Shown in pieces: positions 17,161-26,858 of a DNA stretch of 57,377 nt (its first letter is position 1; each line of letters starts with the position of its first letter). The DNA is from Candidatus Campbellbacteria bacterium. GTDB lineage: Bacteria > Patescibacteriota > Minisyncoccia > Phycocordibacterales > EsbW-18. The position numbers and the translations under genes were made by a program. The stretch lies in the NCBI GenBank assembly GCA_016699465.1, contig CP064977.1, forward strand, positions 685,739 to 743,115, given 5' to 3'. The notes beneath the pieces are model-generated. The model saw only the letters and a program-made list of their open reading frames with translations. It did no database searches and had not been told where the DNA came from.

Positions 17161-19698
17161 ATGGAGTTTTTAAGTAAATTATTCGGAAGTGATGCATCAC
17201 GGACCCTTTCGGCACTTCAGCCGATTGTTGCCCAAATCAACGGTTTTGAGCCAGCTATTGAGGCACTGTCTGATGAAGCACTTCGAGCAAAAACAACTGA
17301 ATTTAAAGAACGTTTGGCACATGGGCTCTCTCTCGAAGATATTCTTCCTGAAGCATTTGCAGTCGTACGTGAAGCTGCGCGACGAACACTCAAACAACGG
17401 CACTATGATGTTCAGCTTATTGGAGGCATCATGCTTCACCGTGGTGCAATTGCGGAAATGCGAACCGGAGAAGGAAAAACGCTCGTTGAAACACTTCCTG
17501 CATACCTCAACGCACTTACGGGAAAAGGGGTGCACATTGTGACGGTGAATGATTACCTTGCTCGGCGTGACGCGGTGTGGATGGGCCAAGTGTTTGCGTT
17601 CCTCGGCCTCTCGGTTGGTGTAGTCAACAGTCAACGACAATCATTTCTCTATGATCCTGCGCATATGGATGCTGATCCAAAGCGTGATGAGGTGGGTTCA
17701 TTTAAAGTTGTGTACGAATTTTTGCGTCCGTGTGAAAAACGAGATGCGTATGCTGCTGATATTACGTATGGTACAAACAGTGAGTTTGGTTTTGACTACT
17801 TACGTGACAATACGGTCTACCGAAAAGAAGATTTGTCTCAGCGTATGCCCCAAGATGGTGGACACCACTTTGCTATTGTGGATGAAATTGACTCTATATT
17901 GATAGATGAAGCGCGTACACCGCTTATTATTTCTATTACAACAAATGAGTCTGAGAAGTTGTACTCAACGTTTGCTGATATAGCCCAACGTCTTACAGAA
18001 GAAGAAGATTATGAGGTTGATGAAAAGAAACATGCCGTGTTACTCACTGAGGCGGGTATTGAAAAGGCGGAAAAAATACTCGGACTTGAGAATATTTACA
18101 CTGACGCAGGTGTTCGGTACGTGCATCACTTGGAATCTGCAATAAAAGCAAAAGCACTCTACAAAAAAGACAAGGAGTACGTTGTGCGTGACGGGGAAGT
18201 TATTATTGTGGATGAGTTTACCGGACGATTACAACCAGGGCGTCGATGGTCGGAAGGGTTACATCAGGCAATTGAGGCAAAAGAAGGTGCTCGTATTCAG
18301 GAAGAATCGCGTACACTTGCTTCAATTACCTATCAAAACTATTTCCGCATGTACAAAAAGCTTGCGGGTATGACCGGAACTGCGTTCTCAAGCTCAGAAG
18401 AGTTTTTCAAAGTGTATGGACTTGATGTTGTTCCTATTCCAACCAATCGTGTGAGTGCGCGAAATGACCACAACGATTATATTTATCAAACAGAAAAAGG
18501 AAAGTTTGAAGCAATCGCAAAACGGGTGAAAGAGGCACATGATAAGGGGCAACCGGTACTTATTGGTACGGTATCGATTGAGAAAAATGAATTGCTTTCA
18601 ATGCATTTGACGAATGAAGGTATCCCACACACGGTCCTCAATGCAAAAATGCACGAACAGGAAGGAGAAGTAATTGCGCAAGCTGGACGCAAGGGATCAG
18701 TGACGGTTGCCACAAACATGGCAGGGCGTGGAGTTGATATTAAACTCGGTGGAGCTCTTGCAACACCTGAAGAACACGAAGAGGTGAAAGCGCTTGGCGG
18801 ATTGTTTGTGCTTGGAACGGAGCGTCACGAGGCGCGACGTATTGACGATCAGTTGCGTGGACGTTCGGGACGTCAGGGTGATCCAGGAGAAACACAGTTC
18901 TTCGTGTCTCTTGAAGATTCGTTGATGCGTGTGTTTGCGTCTGACGCCGTCAAGCGCATGATGGGTCGTTTTGGTATTCCCGAAGATGTACCAATTGAAA
19001 ATCGTCTTATTAATCGGTCGCTTGAAGCGGCTCAGAAAAAAATTGAAGGACTCAACTTTGATGTACGAAAGCACGTGCTTGAATTTGACGATGTGATGAA
19101 CACCCAACGAAAAACTATCTACGACCGTCGGAAGGCTCTTGTTCTTGGTGAGCACGCAGATATTGAGCGAATTCTTTTTGAAATGATAGGAGGTGATGAA
19201 GATATTGTTCGTAGTGCCCAAGAGAAAAAGAAAGAGCTTGGAGACGTTCCTTTTTTGGAAGCGGCGCGTCGACTCATGCTTCAAGCGATTGATGTTTTTT
19301 GGATTGACCACCTCGAATTGATGGACTTTACGCGTAGTAGTGTAAACCTTCGTGCGTACGGGCAACGCGATCCGCTCGTAGAGTATCAAAAAGAAGGTTT
19401 GATGGCGTTCCGAAGAATGGAAGCTTCAATTGAAGGACACGTCATGAGTATGGTGCCTCAAATTGGCGCTGGTGCATTTAGTAAAGAAGAAGAGCAGTTG
19501 CGACGCGAGCGCGCACGCTTACAAATGATTGCAAATGATTCATCTGATGCAGCCCCTGTGCAAGCAAAAAGTATGGAGCACTTTGGACGTAATGATATGG
19601 TGACTATAACAAACGGAACACTTACGCAAGAGATGAAATACAAAAAAGCAGAACCTCTTATTCAAAGTGGTGAGTGGAAAGTTGTTGAACAAAAATAA
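17161..19698 (+). CDS. secA: Preprotein translocase ATPase SecA
   Basis: ORF 17071..19698, start trimmed to ATG 17161 (MEFLSKLFGS...), downstream of the extended -10 TGtTATAAT (17133-17141). Motifs MRTGEGKTLV, TNMAGRGVDI, LRGRSGRQGDPG. Confidence 0.95.
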   Translation: MEFLSKLFGSDASRTLSALQPIVAQINGFEPAIEALSDEALRAKTTEFKERLAHGLSLEDILPEAFAVVREAARRTLKQRHYDVQLIGGIMLHRGAIAEMRTGEGKTLVETLPAYLNALTGKGVHIVTVNDYLARRDAVWMGQVFAFLGLSVGVVNSQRQSFLYDPAHMDADPKRDEVGSFKVVYEFLRPCEKRDAYAADITYGTNSEFGFDYLRDNTVYRKEDLSQRMPQDGGHHFAIVDEIDSILIDEARTPLIISITTNESEKLYSTFADIAQRLTEEEDYEVDEKKHAVLLTEAGIEKAEKILGLENIYTDAGVRYVHHLESAIKAKALYKKDKEYVVRDGEVIIVDEFTGRLQPGRRWSEGLHQAIEAKEGARIQEESRTLASITYQNYFRMYKKLAGMTGTAFSSSEEFFKVYGLDVVPIPTNRVSARNDHNDYIYQTEKGKFEAIAKRVKEAHDKGQPVLIGTVSIEKNELLSMHLTNEGIPHTVLNAKMHEQEGEVIAQAGRKGSVTVATNMAGRGVDIKLGGALATPEEHEEVKALGGLFVLGTERHEARRIDDQLRGRSGRQGDPGETQFFVSLEDSLMRVFASDAVKRMMGRFGIPEDVPIENRLINRSLEAAQKKIEGLNFDVRKHVLEFDDVMNTQRKTIYDRRKALVLGEHADIERILFEMIGGDEDIVRSAQEKKKELGDVPFLEAARRLMLQAIDVFWIDHLELMDFTRSSVNLRAYGQRDPLVEYQKEGLMAFRRMEASIEGHVMSMVPQIGAGAFSKEEEQLRRERARLQMIANDSSDAAPVQAKSMEHFGRNDMVTITNGTLTQEMKYKKAEPLIQSGEWKVVEQK

Positions 19699-19702
19699 AT
19701 CT

Positions 19703-20377
19703 ATGCTTGGGGACCTCATTCTTTTTGCACAGTCGCTTTTCTTGTCCATCGGTCCATGGGGTGTGTTTGTTCTTGGTTTTTTACAAGAAGTTATTCCGCC
19801 GATTCCTTCGACACTTGTAACAGTGTCAGCAGGGTTCTTTTTTCTTGAGGGAGCACCATTTTCGTGGGCGGCATTTCTCAGACTCTTTTTGTACATTGGA
19901 CTACCTATTGCTGTCGGTCTTTCTCTTGGTTCACTCATTATCTATGGCATTGTGTACTGGGGAGGAAAACCAATCGTATTAAAGTACGGTGTATATATGG
20001 GAATATCGTGGGACGAAGTCGAAAAAATGCGTGTCTATATGGAAGGGCACACATGGGATGATGTGCTTTTGTTTGCAGCGCGTTCGTTTCCGCTCATGCC
20101 AAGCATTGCCATTAACGTGTTTTGCGGTCTTGTCCGTTGGCGACCTGTACCGTTTTTTTTGCACACCTTTTTTGGTACCATCATTCGCTCAATGTGGTCA
20201 GGATTTATTGGGTGGCAATTTGGTAATTTCTATCTCAAGTACTCGACGATGGTGGAAGGTGCACAAAATAGTATTCTCGTCATCGGCGTTCTTGTGTGTG
20301 GCGCATTTCTTTATTACCACAAGAAAAAGAAGAATATGACGAGAAATGTTGCTCCGTCTGAAGAAGTGGTAGAATAG
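19703..20377 (+). CDS. DedA/VTT-domain membrane protein
   Basis: ORF 19667..20377, start trimmed to ATG 19703. Multi-TM with an ...IPPIPSTLVTVSAGFFF... segment typical of DedA/SNARE-associated proteins. Confidence 0.6.
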   Translation: MLGDLILFAQSLFLSIGPWGVFVLGFLQEVIPPIPSTLVTVSAGFFFLEGAPFSWAAFLRLFLYIGLPIAVGLSLGSLIIYGIVYWGGKPIVLKYGVYMGISWDEVEKMRVYMEGHTWDDVLLFAARSFPLMPSIAINVFCGLVRWRPVPFFLHTFFGTIIRSMWSGFIGWQFGNFYLKYSTMVEGAQNSILVIGVLVCGAFLYYHKKKKNMTRNVAPSEEVVE

Positions 20378-20414
20378 AAGTGTTTATAGGTTTACCCATA
20401 CATAACACTATAAT

Positions 20415-20759
20415 ATGAATATTCTTTTTAAAATCGTTCTGGCAGCACTCGCTGTTCTCGGGGCTTCGTATTTGGTACCTGGTATTTTTGTTGAAAGTTT
20501 TTATGTAGCGCTTATTGTCGCCGTTGTGCTTGCGGTACTTAATCTTATTGTGAAGCCAATTATTGTTGTCTTAACACTTCCGATTAACATTGTGACCCTT
20601 GGGCTTTTTACACTCGTCATTAATGCTGGGCTTTTCTGGATTGCTGCGTATTTTGTTGACGGTTTCGCCGTTCAAAGATTTCTCGACGCGTTTATCGGTG
20701 CACTTCTCGTTTCAGTTGTGGTGTGGGTAGGGCACAAATTTCTTCCTGACAATGACTAA
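20415..20759 (+). CDS. Small 4-TM membrane protein (phage-holin-4_2 / DUF360-like)
   Basis: 114 aa, four hydrophobic helices, LNLIVKPIIVVLTLPINIVTLGLFTLVINA pattern. Confidence 0.6.
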   Translation: MNILFKIVLAALAVLGASYLVPGIFVESFYVALIVAVVLAVLNLIVKPIIVVLTLPINIVTLGLFTLVINAGLFWIAAYFVDGFAVQRFLDAFIGALLVSVVVWVGHKFLPDND

Positions 20760-21645
20760 GATTCGCATTGTTACCCATAGTGGAGGGTTTCATGCCGATG
20801 ATGTTTTTGGTGTGGCAACACTGCAACTACTTCTTGCAGGTAATGAGATTGAGGTTATTCGTACTCGAGACCCAGAAATTATTCGATCAGGTGACTACGT
20901 GTTGGATGTTGGGGGGGTATACGACCCAGCAACATGTCGTTTTGATCACCACCAAGCAGGCGGGGCAGGAAAGCGTGAAAATGGTATTCCATATGCATCC
21001 ATTGGTTTAATTTGGAAAGCGTTTGGAGCACAGGTGTGTTTGTCTCAGGAGGTAGCAGATGATATTGAAACTCGGCTTATACAAACAATCGACGCCTTTG
21101 ACAACGGAATAGATACATATACCGCAACGACACCCGGCGTGTATCCATACATTATTTCAACTGCCATGTTTGCATTTACCTCATTGGGGGTTGAGGTGGA
21201 AAATTTTGATAATCGTTTTTCTGAAGCGGTTGCTTGGGTGACGGTGCTTTTAAAAAAGGAGATACTGTCTGCCACAAACAGGGTTGCTGTATTTGTTAGT
21301 GCACATAAATCCTATGAAGAGGCGTCTGATAAATCGCTTGTCGTATGTGAAGGAAAATTGAGTCGAGAAGTACTCATGGAAGCGTTTCAAAAGTACCAAG
21401 ATGTTATCTATTTTATAAAACAGCACGCAGATGGAACGTGGCAGGTGGTGTGTGGGGTTGATGATGTGCACGTATACAAGAATAGAAAAGACTTACCAGC
21501 ATCGTGGGCGGGGAAACAGGGCTCTGAGCTTGCTGATATAACAGGTGTACCTGATGCTGTATTCTGTCACAACGGACGTTTTATGGCGATTACAAAAACA
21601 AAAGAAGGTGCAATAAAACTAGCTGAATTGGCTCTTTCCGCGTAA
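20752..21645 (+). CDS. MYG1/UPF0160-family metal-dependent hydrolase
   Basis: IVTHSGGFHADDVFGVATL and DVGGVYDPATCRFDHHQ motifs. Confidence 0.8.
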   Translation: MTKIRIVTHSGGFHADDVFGVATLQLLLAGNEIEVIRTRDPEIIRSGDYVLDVGGVYDPATCRFDHHQAGGAGKRENGIPYASIGLIWKAFGAQVCLSQEVADDIETRLIQTIDAFDNGIDTYTATTPGVYPYIISTAMFAFTSLGVEVENFDNRFSEAVAWVTVLLKKEILSATNRVAVFVSAHKSYEEASDKSLVVCEGKLSREVLMEAFQKYQDVIYFIKQHADGTWQVVCGVDDVHVYKNRKDLPASWAGKQGSELADITGVPDAVFCHNGRFMAITKTKEGAIKLAELALSA

Positions 21646-21656
21646 TATACTCTCCT

Positions 21657-22640
21657 ATGCCATTTATTGACGAATTACATCTACATTTGGCCGCAGGTCG
21701 CGGAGGCGACGGTGTTGTACGCTGGCTGCACCTTAAAGGAAAAGATTTATCTGGTGCTGCTGGAGGAAACGGTGGTCGTGGGGGTGATGTTGTTGTTACG
21801 GCAATTCGTGATATTACCGTACTCCTTCGTTATAACGATCAAAAAAGTTATGAAGCAGAAGACGGTGCGCCTGGAGGAAGTCAAAGCAAGGAGGGAAGAG
21901 ATGGTAAAGAACTTCTATTTGAATTTCCTGTGGGGACTGTGATTACCAATGTGCAGACAGGACAGCGTTTTGAACTTCTCACTGAAGGGCAGAGAGAAAT
22001 TATTCTCCAAGGTGGCAATGGTGGATATGGCAATGAGCACTTCAAAGGTTCACGAAACGTTACACCGCGACAATCAACAAAAGGAAAACCCGGTGAAGAG
22101 GCCGATTTTGAAATTGAACTACAGTTGGTTGTTGATGCGGGTTTGATTGGTCTACCAAATGCTGGTAAGTCGAGTGTCCTTAATGCGCTTACAGGTGCAC
22201 ATGCAAAAGTTGGTGACTATGCGTTTACCACACTCAACCCAAACCTCGGTGCGCTGTATGGATTCGTACTTGCGGACATTCCAGGATTGATTGAAGGCGC
22301 AGCAGAAGGACGGGGTCTTGGACATACATTTCTTCGTCATATTAAACGAACCAAAACACTCATTCACTGCATTTCATGTGAACATGAAAATCCCATTGAG
22401 GCATTTACCACTATCCGTACAGAACTTTCAAAGTATTCTAATGATTTGGCAGAAAAGCCAGAACTCATTTTGTTTACAAAACGGGATCTTCTTGATGAAA
22501 AAACACTTGCCCTTCGTGTCAAAGATTTTGCTAAAGCAACAAAGATTCCCGCAAAGAGTATTGTTACCGTTTCTGTGTATGATGATGCCTCTCTCAAGGA
22601 GCTCGGAGACACTATTGTTAAGGCCTTAAGAAAAAAATAA
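21657..22640 (+). CDS. obg: GTPase Obg/CgtA
   Basis: Gly-rich Obg fold (GRGGDGVVRW..., GGNGGRGGDV), G1 motif GLPNAGKSS, and DIPGLIEGA. Confidence 0.9.
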   Translation: MPFIDELHLHLAAGRGGDGVVRWLHLKGKDLSGAAGGNGGRGGDVVVTAIRDITVLLRYNDQKSYEAEDGAPGGSQSKEGRDGKELLFEFPVGTVITNVQTGQRFELLTEGQREIILQGGNGGYGNEHFKGSRNVTPRQSTKGKPGEEADFEIELQLVVDAGLIGLPNAGKSSVLNALTGAHAKVGDYAFTTLNPNLGALYGFVLADIPGLIEGAAEGRGLGHTFLRHIKRTKTLIHCISCEHENPIEAFTTIRTELSKYSNDLAEKPELILFTKRDLLDEKTLALRVKDFAKATKIPAKSIVTVSVYDDASLKELGDTIVKALRKK

Positions 22641-22661
22641 AAAATCTCGTATACTAGAGTT

Positions 22662-24068
22662 ATGCCAGAGTACATACCAACAATTGGGTTAGAGATTCAC
22701 GTTGAGCTCAAGACGCAGACGAAGATGTTCTGCGACTCCAAGAACGATCCCGACGAAAAACGGCCCAACCAGAACGTCTGTCCCGTCTGTATGGGTCACC
22801 CTGGCACCTTGCCAACCATCAACAAAGAGGCGGTCAAACATGTGCTCCGCGTTGGTATGGCGGTCGGTGGTACGCTCGCTGATTTCACCGAATTCGATCG
22901 CAAGAACTATTTTTATCCTGACATTCCAAAGGGATATCAGATTAGCCAATATGCGTATCCGTTGGTCAAAGGTGGCGAGCTTCACGGTGTGGCACTTACA
23001 CGAATTCATCTTGAGGAAGATACTGCGCGTAGTCAGCATGAAGGAGATCATTCACTTGTCGATTTTAATCGTGCAGGTGTTCCGCTCATGGAGCTTGTTA
23101 CCGAACCGGTGATTCACTCTGCAAAAGAGGCAGGTGATTTCGGTCGTGAATTTCAATTACTCCTCCGAACGCTCGGCGTGTCGGATGCAGACATGGAAAA
23201 AGGTCACCTTCGTATGGAAGTGAATCTCTCAGTCTCGAAAGATCCGAATACGCTCGGTACGAAGACCGAAGTGAAGAATATCAATTCGTTCAGTTATGCT
23301 GAGAAAGCAATCGAATACGAGATTGAACGACAGATTGCCGTGCTTGAAGCGGGCGAAGAGGTTATTCAGGAGACTCGTGGGTGGGATTCCGTAAAAAATC
23401 AGACCTACTCGCAGCGAAAGAAAGAATCATCACACGATTATCGATACTTCCCAGAACCAGATTTACCAAAACTAAAAATTTCAGAAATCCCTGAGTTTTC
23501 TCATGATGCCCTTAGAGCAAGCCTCCCCGAATTGCCTTGGGTACGACGTGCGCGCTACCTTGCGCTTGGTTTGAAACAGCAAGATGCCGACATGTTTGTA
23601 CAAGATTCTATGTACGGAGACTTTTTTGAAGCGGTTTCAAAATGTTTGAACAGCAATGCACAAAACATAATTCTCGCGACTAACTATATTGCAGCTGACC
23701 TAGCAGGAATTCTTAAAGGTGCGCCTATTTCAATTACACCAGAGAACTTTGCAGAACTCATTGAAATGCTCTCCGGTGGTCTCGTTTCTTCTCGTGGTGG
23801 AAAAGATATTTTGGCACACATGGTTGCTACAGGTGGTTCTCCAAAAGAAATTGCAGAACGTGAGGGATTACTACAGCAGAGTGATGAAGGTGCACTTTTA
23901 AAAATTGTTGAGCAGGTGATTGCTGAGAATCCAACCGTTGTTGCCGAATACAAAACAGGGAAGGAGGCACTACTTCAATTTTTTGTCGGTCAAGGAATGA
24001 AGCTTTCAAAGGGTGCTGGAAACCCAAAAATGTTTCAGGAGCTTTTCAAGAGGAGTTTAAGCTCTTAA
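22662..24068 (+). CDS. gatB: Asp/Glu-tRNA amidotransferase subunit B
   Basis: IGLEIHVELKTQTKMFC, CPVCMGHPGTLP, NRAGVPLMELVTEP. TATACT (22650-22655) lies 6 nt before the ATG. Confidence 0.95.
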   Translation: MPEYIPTIGLEIHVELKTQTKMFCDSKNDPDEKRPNQNVCPVCMGHPGTLPTINKEAVKHVLRVGMAVGGTLADFTEFDRKNYFYPDIPKGYQISQYAYPLVKGGELHGVALTRIHLEEDTARSQHEGDHSLVDFNRAGVPLMELVTEPVIHSAKEAGDFGREFQLLLRTLGVSDADMEKGHLRMEVNLSVSKDPNTLGTKTEVKNINSFSYAEKAIEYEIERQIAVLEAGEEVIQETRGWDSVKNQTYSQRKKESSHDYRYFPEPDLPKLKISEIPEFSHDALRASLPELPWVRRARYLALGLKQQDADMFVQDSMYGDFFEAVSKCLNSNAQNIILATNYIAADLAGILKGAPISITPENFAELIEMLSGGLVSSRGGKDILAHMVATGGSPKEIAEREGLLQQSDEGALLKIVEQVIAENPTVVAEYKTGKEALLQFFVGQGMKLSKGAGNPKMFQELFKRSLSS

Positions 24069-24091
24069 CCTTTTCTCTCTATAAACAATCT

Positions 24092-24119
24092 GCCGCCGTC
24101 GGATTGCTCCAACGGCGGC
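24092..24119. terminator. Hairpin between convergent genes
   Basis: GCCGCCGT-12 nt-ACGGCGGC. Confidence 0.5.
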
Positions 24120-24134
24120 GTCTGCGTTTGTGGC

Positions 24135-24416
24135 CTAGGAAAGGCCTGAGTTAATGGCTTCTTCGTCGAGCTGTCGGTCGGCCTCGATCATGGCCTCCAG
24201 CTCTTCGAATAGTGGTCCCGACCTGTCTCCGAGAACAGTGTCGTCGGGGATGGTCGGTCCCATCGAGAGGGGAAGCCCGTTCTCCTCGCAGATGGCGACG
24301 CCAATCTCTCGGAGTTTTTCTCTGATGGCAACTTGGAAGTCCTCCTCACCCCCAAAGAGCCTCAAAGAGAGAACCGCCTCAGAGCCCACTTTGCGTACAT
24401 CGCGGAATGTCTTCAC
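24135..24416 (-). CDS. Hypothetical acidic 93-aa protein (orphan cassette 1)
   Basis: GTG start preceded by AAAGGAGG with an 8-nt spacer. Visibly G+C-richer than its flanks. The opposite-strand ORF 24154..24423 is Ser-rich junk. No family recognised. Confidence 0.6.
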   Translation of the reverse strand: MKTFRDVRKVGSEAVLSLRLFGGEEDFQVAIREKLREIGVAICEENGLPLSMGPTIPDDTVLGDRSGPLFEELEAMIEADRQLDEEAINSGLS

Positions 24417-24570
24417 GTACTAAGCCTCCTTTCATGAGGTTTCCGATAAGGCAATGTACTAGATACAACATTTTGTCAATTGTTTATGGTGGTGTATTCG
24501 TACTGCAAAACGACGTGGTATACTTTTTGTATATCAATTATTCCTAGTATCCAGTATCTAATCTCTATTT

Positions 24571-25593
24571 ATGTCACGCATCGCAATCAATGGTTTTGGT
24601 AGAATCGGACGTTCGTTTCTTAAACTTGCACTCAAATATCCTGAGATTGATATCGTTGCCATCAACGACCTTGGCGACGCGCAGAACCTTGCCTACCTAC
24701 TTACGTATGACAGTGCATATGGGCGCTCTGACCTTGATGTGCAAGCTCACGACGGGGGAATTACTGTGAATGGAAAAGATATCCCGTTTCTTCAAGAGAA
24801 AGATCCTATTAATTTGCCGTGGAAAAAACTTGATGTAGATATCGTTATTGAATCAAGTGGCTTTTTCACAAATTATACAGATGCAAAAAAACATCTCGAC
24901 GCTGGCGCAAAACGGGTGGTGATTACTGCCCCTGCAAAAGGTGATGCTGTGGACGGTATTGAAACTGCGACCGTGTTGATGGGTGTGAATGAAGACAAAT
25001 TAAAGACGTGTGATATTACCTCAAATGGTTCGTGTACCACAAATGCAGTGAGTCCGGTTATTCAGATTTTGCACGAAACACTCGGCGTGGAAAAAGCAGT
25101 GCTCAATACAGTACACGGCTACACGCAGTCACAAAATTTGCAGGATGGTCCAAATAAAAAAGATTGGCGCGAAGGACGTGCCGCTGCGTACAACATTGTG
25201 CCAACATCAACAGGTGCCGCAGTCGCTGTAACAAAAGCGATTACTGATTTGGAAGGAAAGTTTGATGGTATAGCAATACGAGTTCCAGTGATAGTTGGTT
25301 CTATTGCTGATGTCACACTTATTACGAAACGAAACACAACAGTTGAAGAGGTAAATGATATTTTACGAAAAGCATCCGAGGATGCTCGCTGGCAAGGAAT
25401 TTTGAAAGTGAGTGATGATGAATTGGTTTCTGCAGATATTGTTGGTGAACTGTATGGTGCAATTGTTGATAGCAAACTCACACGTGTTGTTGATGGAAAC
25501 TTGGTGAAAGTGCTTTCGTGGTATGACAATGAGATGGGCTACACCGCAATGCTTGTACAACATGTCCGCAAGATGTCAGCTAGTTTGTCATAA
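24571..25593 (+). CDS. gap: Glyceraldehyde-3-phosphate dehydrogenase (type I)
   Basis: INGFGRIGR, SNGSCTTN active-site region, WYDNEMGY. Confidence 0.95.
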   Translation: MSRIAINGFGRIGRSFLKLALKYPEIDIVAINDLGDAQNLAYLLTYDSAYGRSDLDVQAHDGGITVNGKDIPFLQEKDPINLPWKKLDVDIVIESSGFFTNYTDAKKHLDAGAKRVVITAPAKGDAVDGIETATVLMGVNEDKLKTCDITSNGSCTTNAVSPVIQILHETLGVEKAVLNTVHGYTQSQNLQDGPNKKDWREGRAAAYNIVPTSTGAAVAVTKAITDLEGKFDGIAIRVPVIVGSIADVTLITKRNTTVEEVNDILRKASEDARWQGILKVSDDELVSADIVGELYGAIVDSKLTRVVDGNLVKVLSWYDNEMGYTAMLVQHVRKMSASLS

Positions 25594-25611
25594 TCATAAT
25601 TATCTAACGAG

Positions 25612-26094
25612 ATGAAAATTGCACTTGGAGCAGATCACGCAGGATTTAAACTCAAAGAATACGTGAGAGATTTTCTTGTTTCTCAAGATCATGAGGTGAT
25701 GGATAAAGGTGCGTTTTCATTTGATGCTGATGACGATTATCCAGACTTTGTATTTTCCGTAGCACATGCAGTTGCTGAGGGAGAAGTGGAGCGAGGAATT
25801 GTTATCGGGAGTTCAGGGCAAGGGGAGGGGGTTGCCGCAAATCGTGTTAAAGGTATTCGTGCACTTGTGTATTACGGAGCACACGAATCTCTTGGGCAAA
25901 CATCGAAAGTTGGTGAACAAAAAGGAATTATCGAATCGAGTCGTGAAGATAATGATTCAAATATTCTTTCACTCGGCGCATCTTTTGTAACACATGAGGA
26001 AGCCAAGGAAGTTATTGAGAAGTGGTTGAATACTCCGTTTACAAATGAGGAACGTCACGTTCGTAGAATTCAAAAACTAGACTCTACTTTCTAG
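25612..26094 (+). CDS. rpiB: Ribose-5-phosphate isomerase B
   Basis: MKIALGADHAGFKLKEYV, GIVIGSSGQGEGVAANR. Confidence 0.9.
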   Translation: MKIALGADHAGFKLKEYVRDFLVSQDHEVMDKGAFSFDADDDYPDFVFSVAHAVAEGEVERGIVIGSSGQGEGVAANRVKGIRALVYYGAHESLGQTSKVGEQKGIIESSREDNDSNILSLGASFVTHEEAKEVIEKWLNTPFTNEERHVRRIQKLDSTF

Positions 26095-26151
26095 TTTTTA
26101 TATTTTTTCTACATTTTATTTCATACACACTATCTACCACATACTATTTTT

Positions 26152-26820
26152 ATGATACAAGTTGTTCCAACGATTATTCCAGAAAATTACACTGACATTC
26201 TGGGCGATGTTGCACGTGTCAAAGGTATTGTTTCGCGTGTACAGATTGATGTTGCCGATGGTACGTATGCGCCATCAAAAACATGGCCATACAATGGGGA
26301 TGAGTCGCACCTCAAAGAAATTCTTGCACAAACAGAAGGACTTCCATATTGGGACGAAATGGACTATGAAGTTGACTTACTCATCAATGAACCAGAACGT
26401 GCGATTGATACATGGATACAAGTAGGTATTGCCGCTGCGATTGTGCATATTGAAAGTACACAAAAACTTGATGAAATAATTCAGAAATTAAAAGATGTTG
26501 ACTGTGAAATTGGTCTTGGTATTAAACCGAGTACGCCAAATGAAGAATTGTACCGATATATCGGTACAATTGATTTTGTGCAGTGCATGGGAAGTGACAG
26601 TATTGGATATCATGGTGTTGCGTTGGATGAACGAGTGTATGACAAAATACAATCTCTCCGTGCACAGTTTCCTGAGCTTCCTATTGCTGTTGATATTGGA
26701 GTTGATGATGAGACGGCGCCGCTTCTTGTTGAGGCAGGAGCGACAAAACTTGCATCGGGCTCTCTCATTTTTGGAAGTGAGGATATACGCGACACAGTGA
26801 CCTATCTTCAAAATCTCTAA
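26152..26820 (+). CDS. rpe: Ribulose-phosphate 3-epimerase-like
   Basis: TIM-barrel pattern VQIDVADGTYAP, GLGIKPSTP, VQCMGSDSIGYHG, and pentose-phosphate neighbours. A divergent sequence. Confidence 0.7.
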   Translation: MIQVVPTIIPENYTDILGDVARVKGIVSRVQIDVADGTYAPSKTWPYNGDESHLKEILAQTEGLPYWDEMDYEVDLLINEPERAIDTWIQVGIAAAIVHIESTQKLDEIIQKLKDVDCEIGLGIKPSTPNEELYRYIGTIDFVQCMGSDSIGYHGVALDERVYDKIQSLRAQFPELPIAVDIGVDDETAPLLVEAGATKLASGSLIFGSEDIRDTVTYLQNL

Positions 26821-26858
26821 AGAAATGTGTGGACGTTTTTTTCGGTGGCACGCATGAT

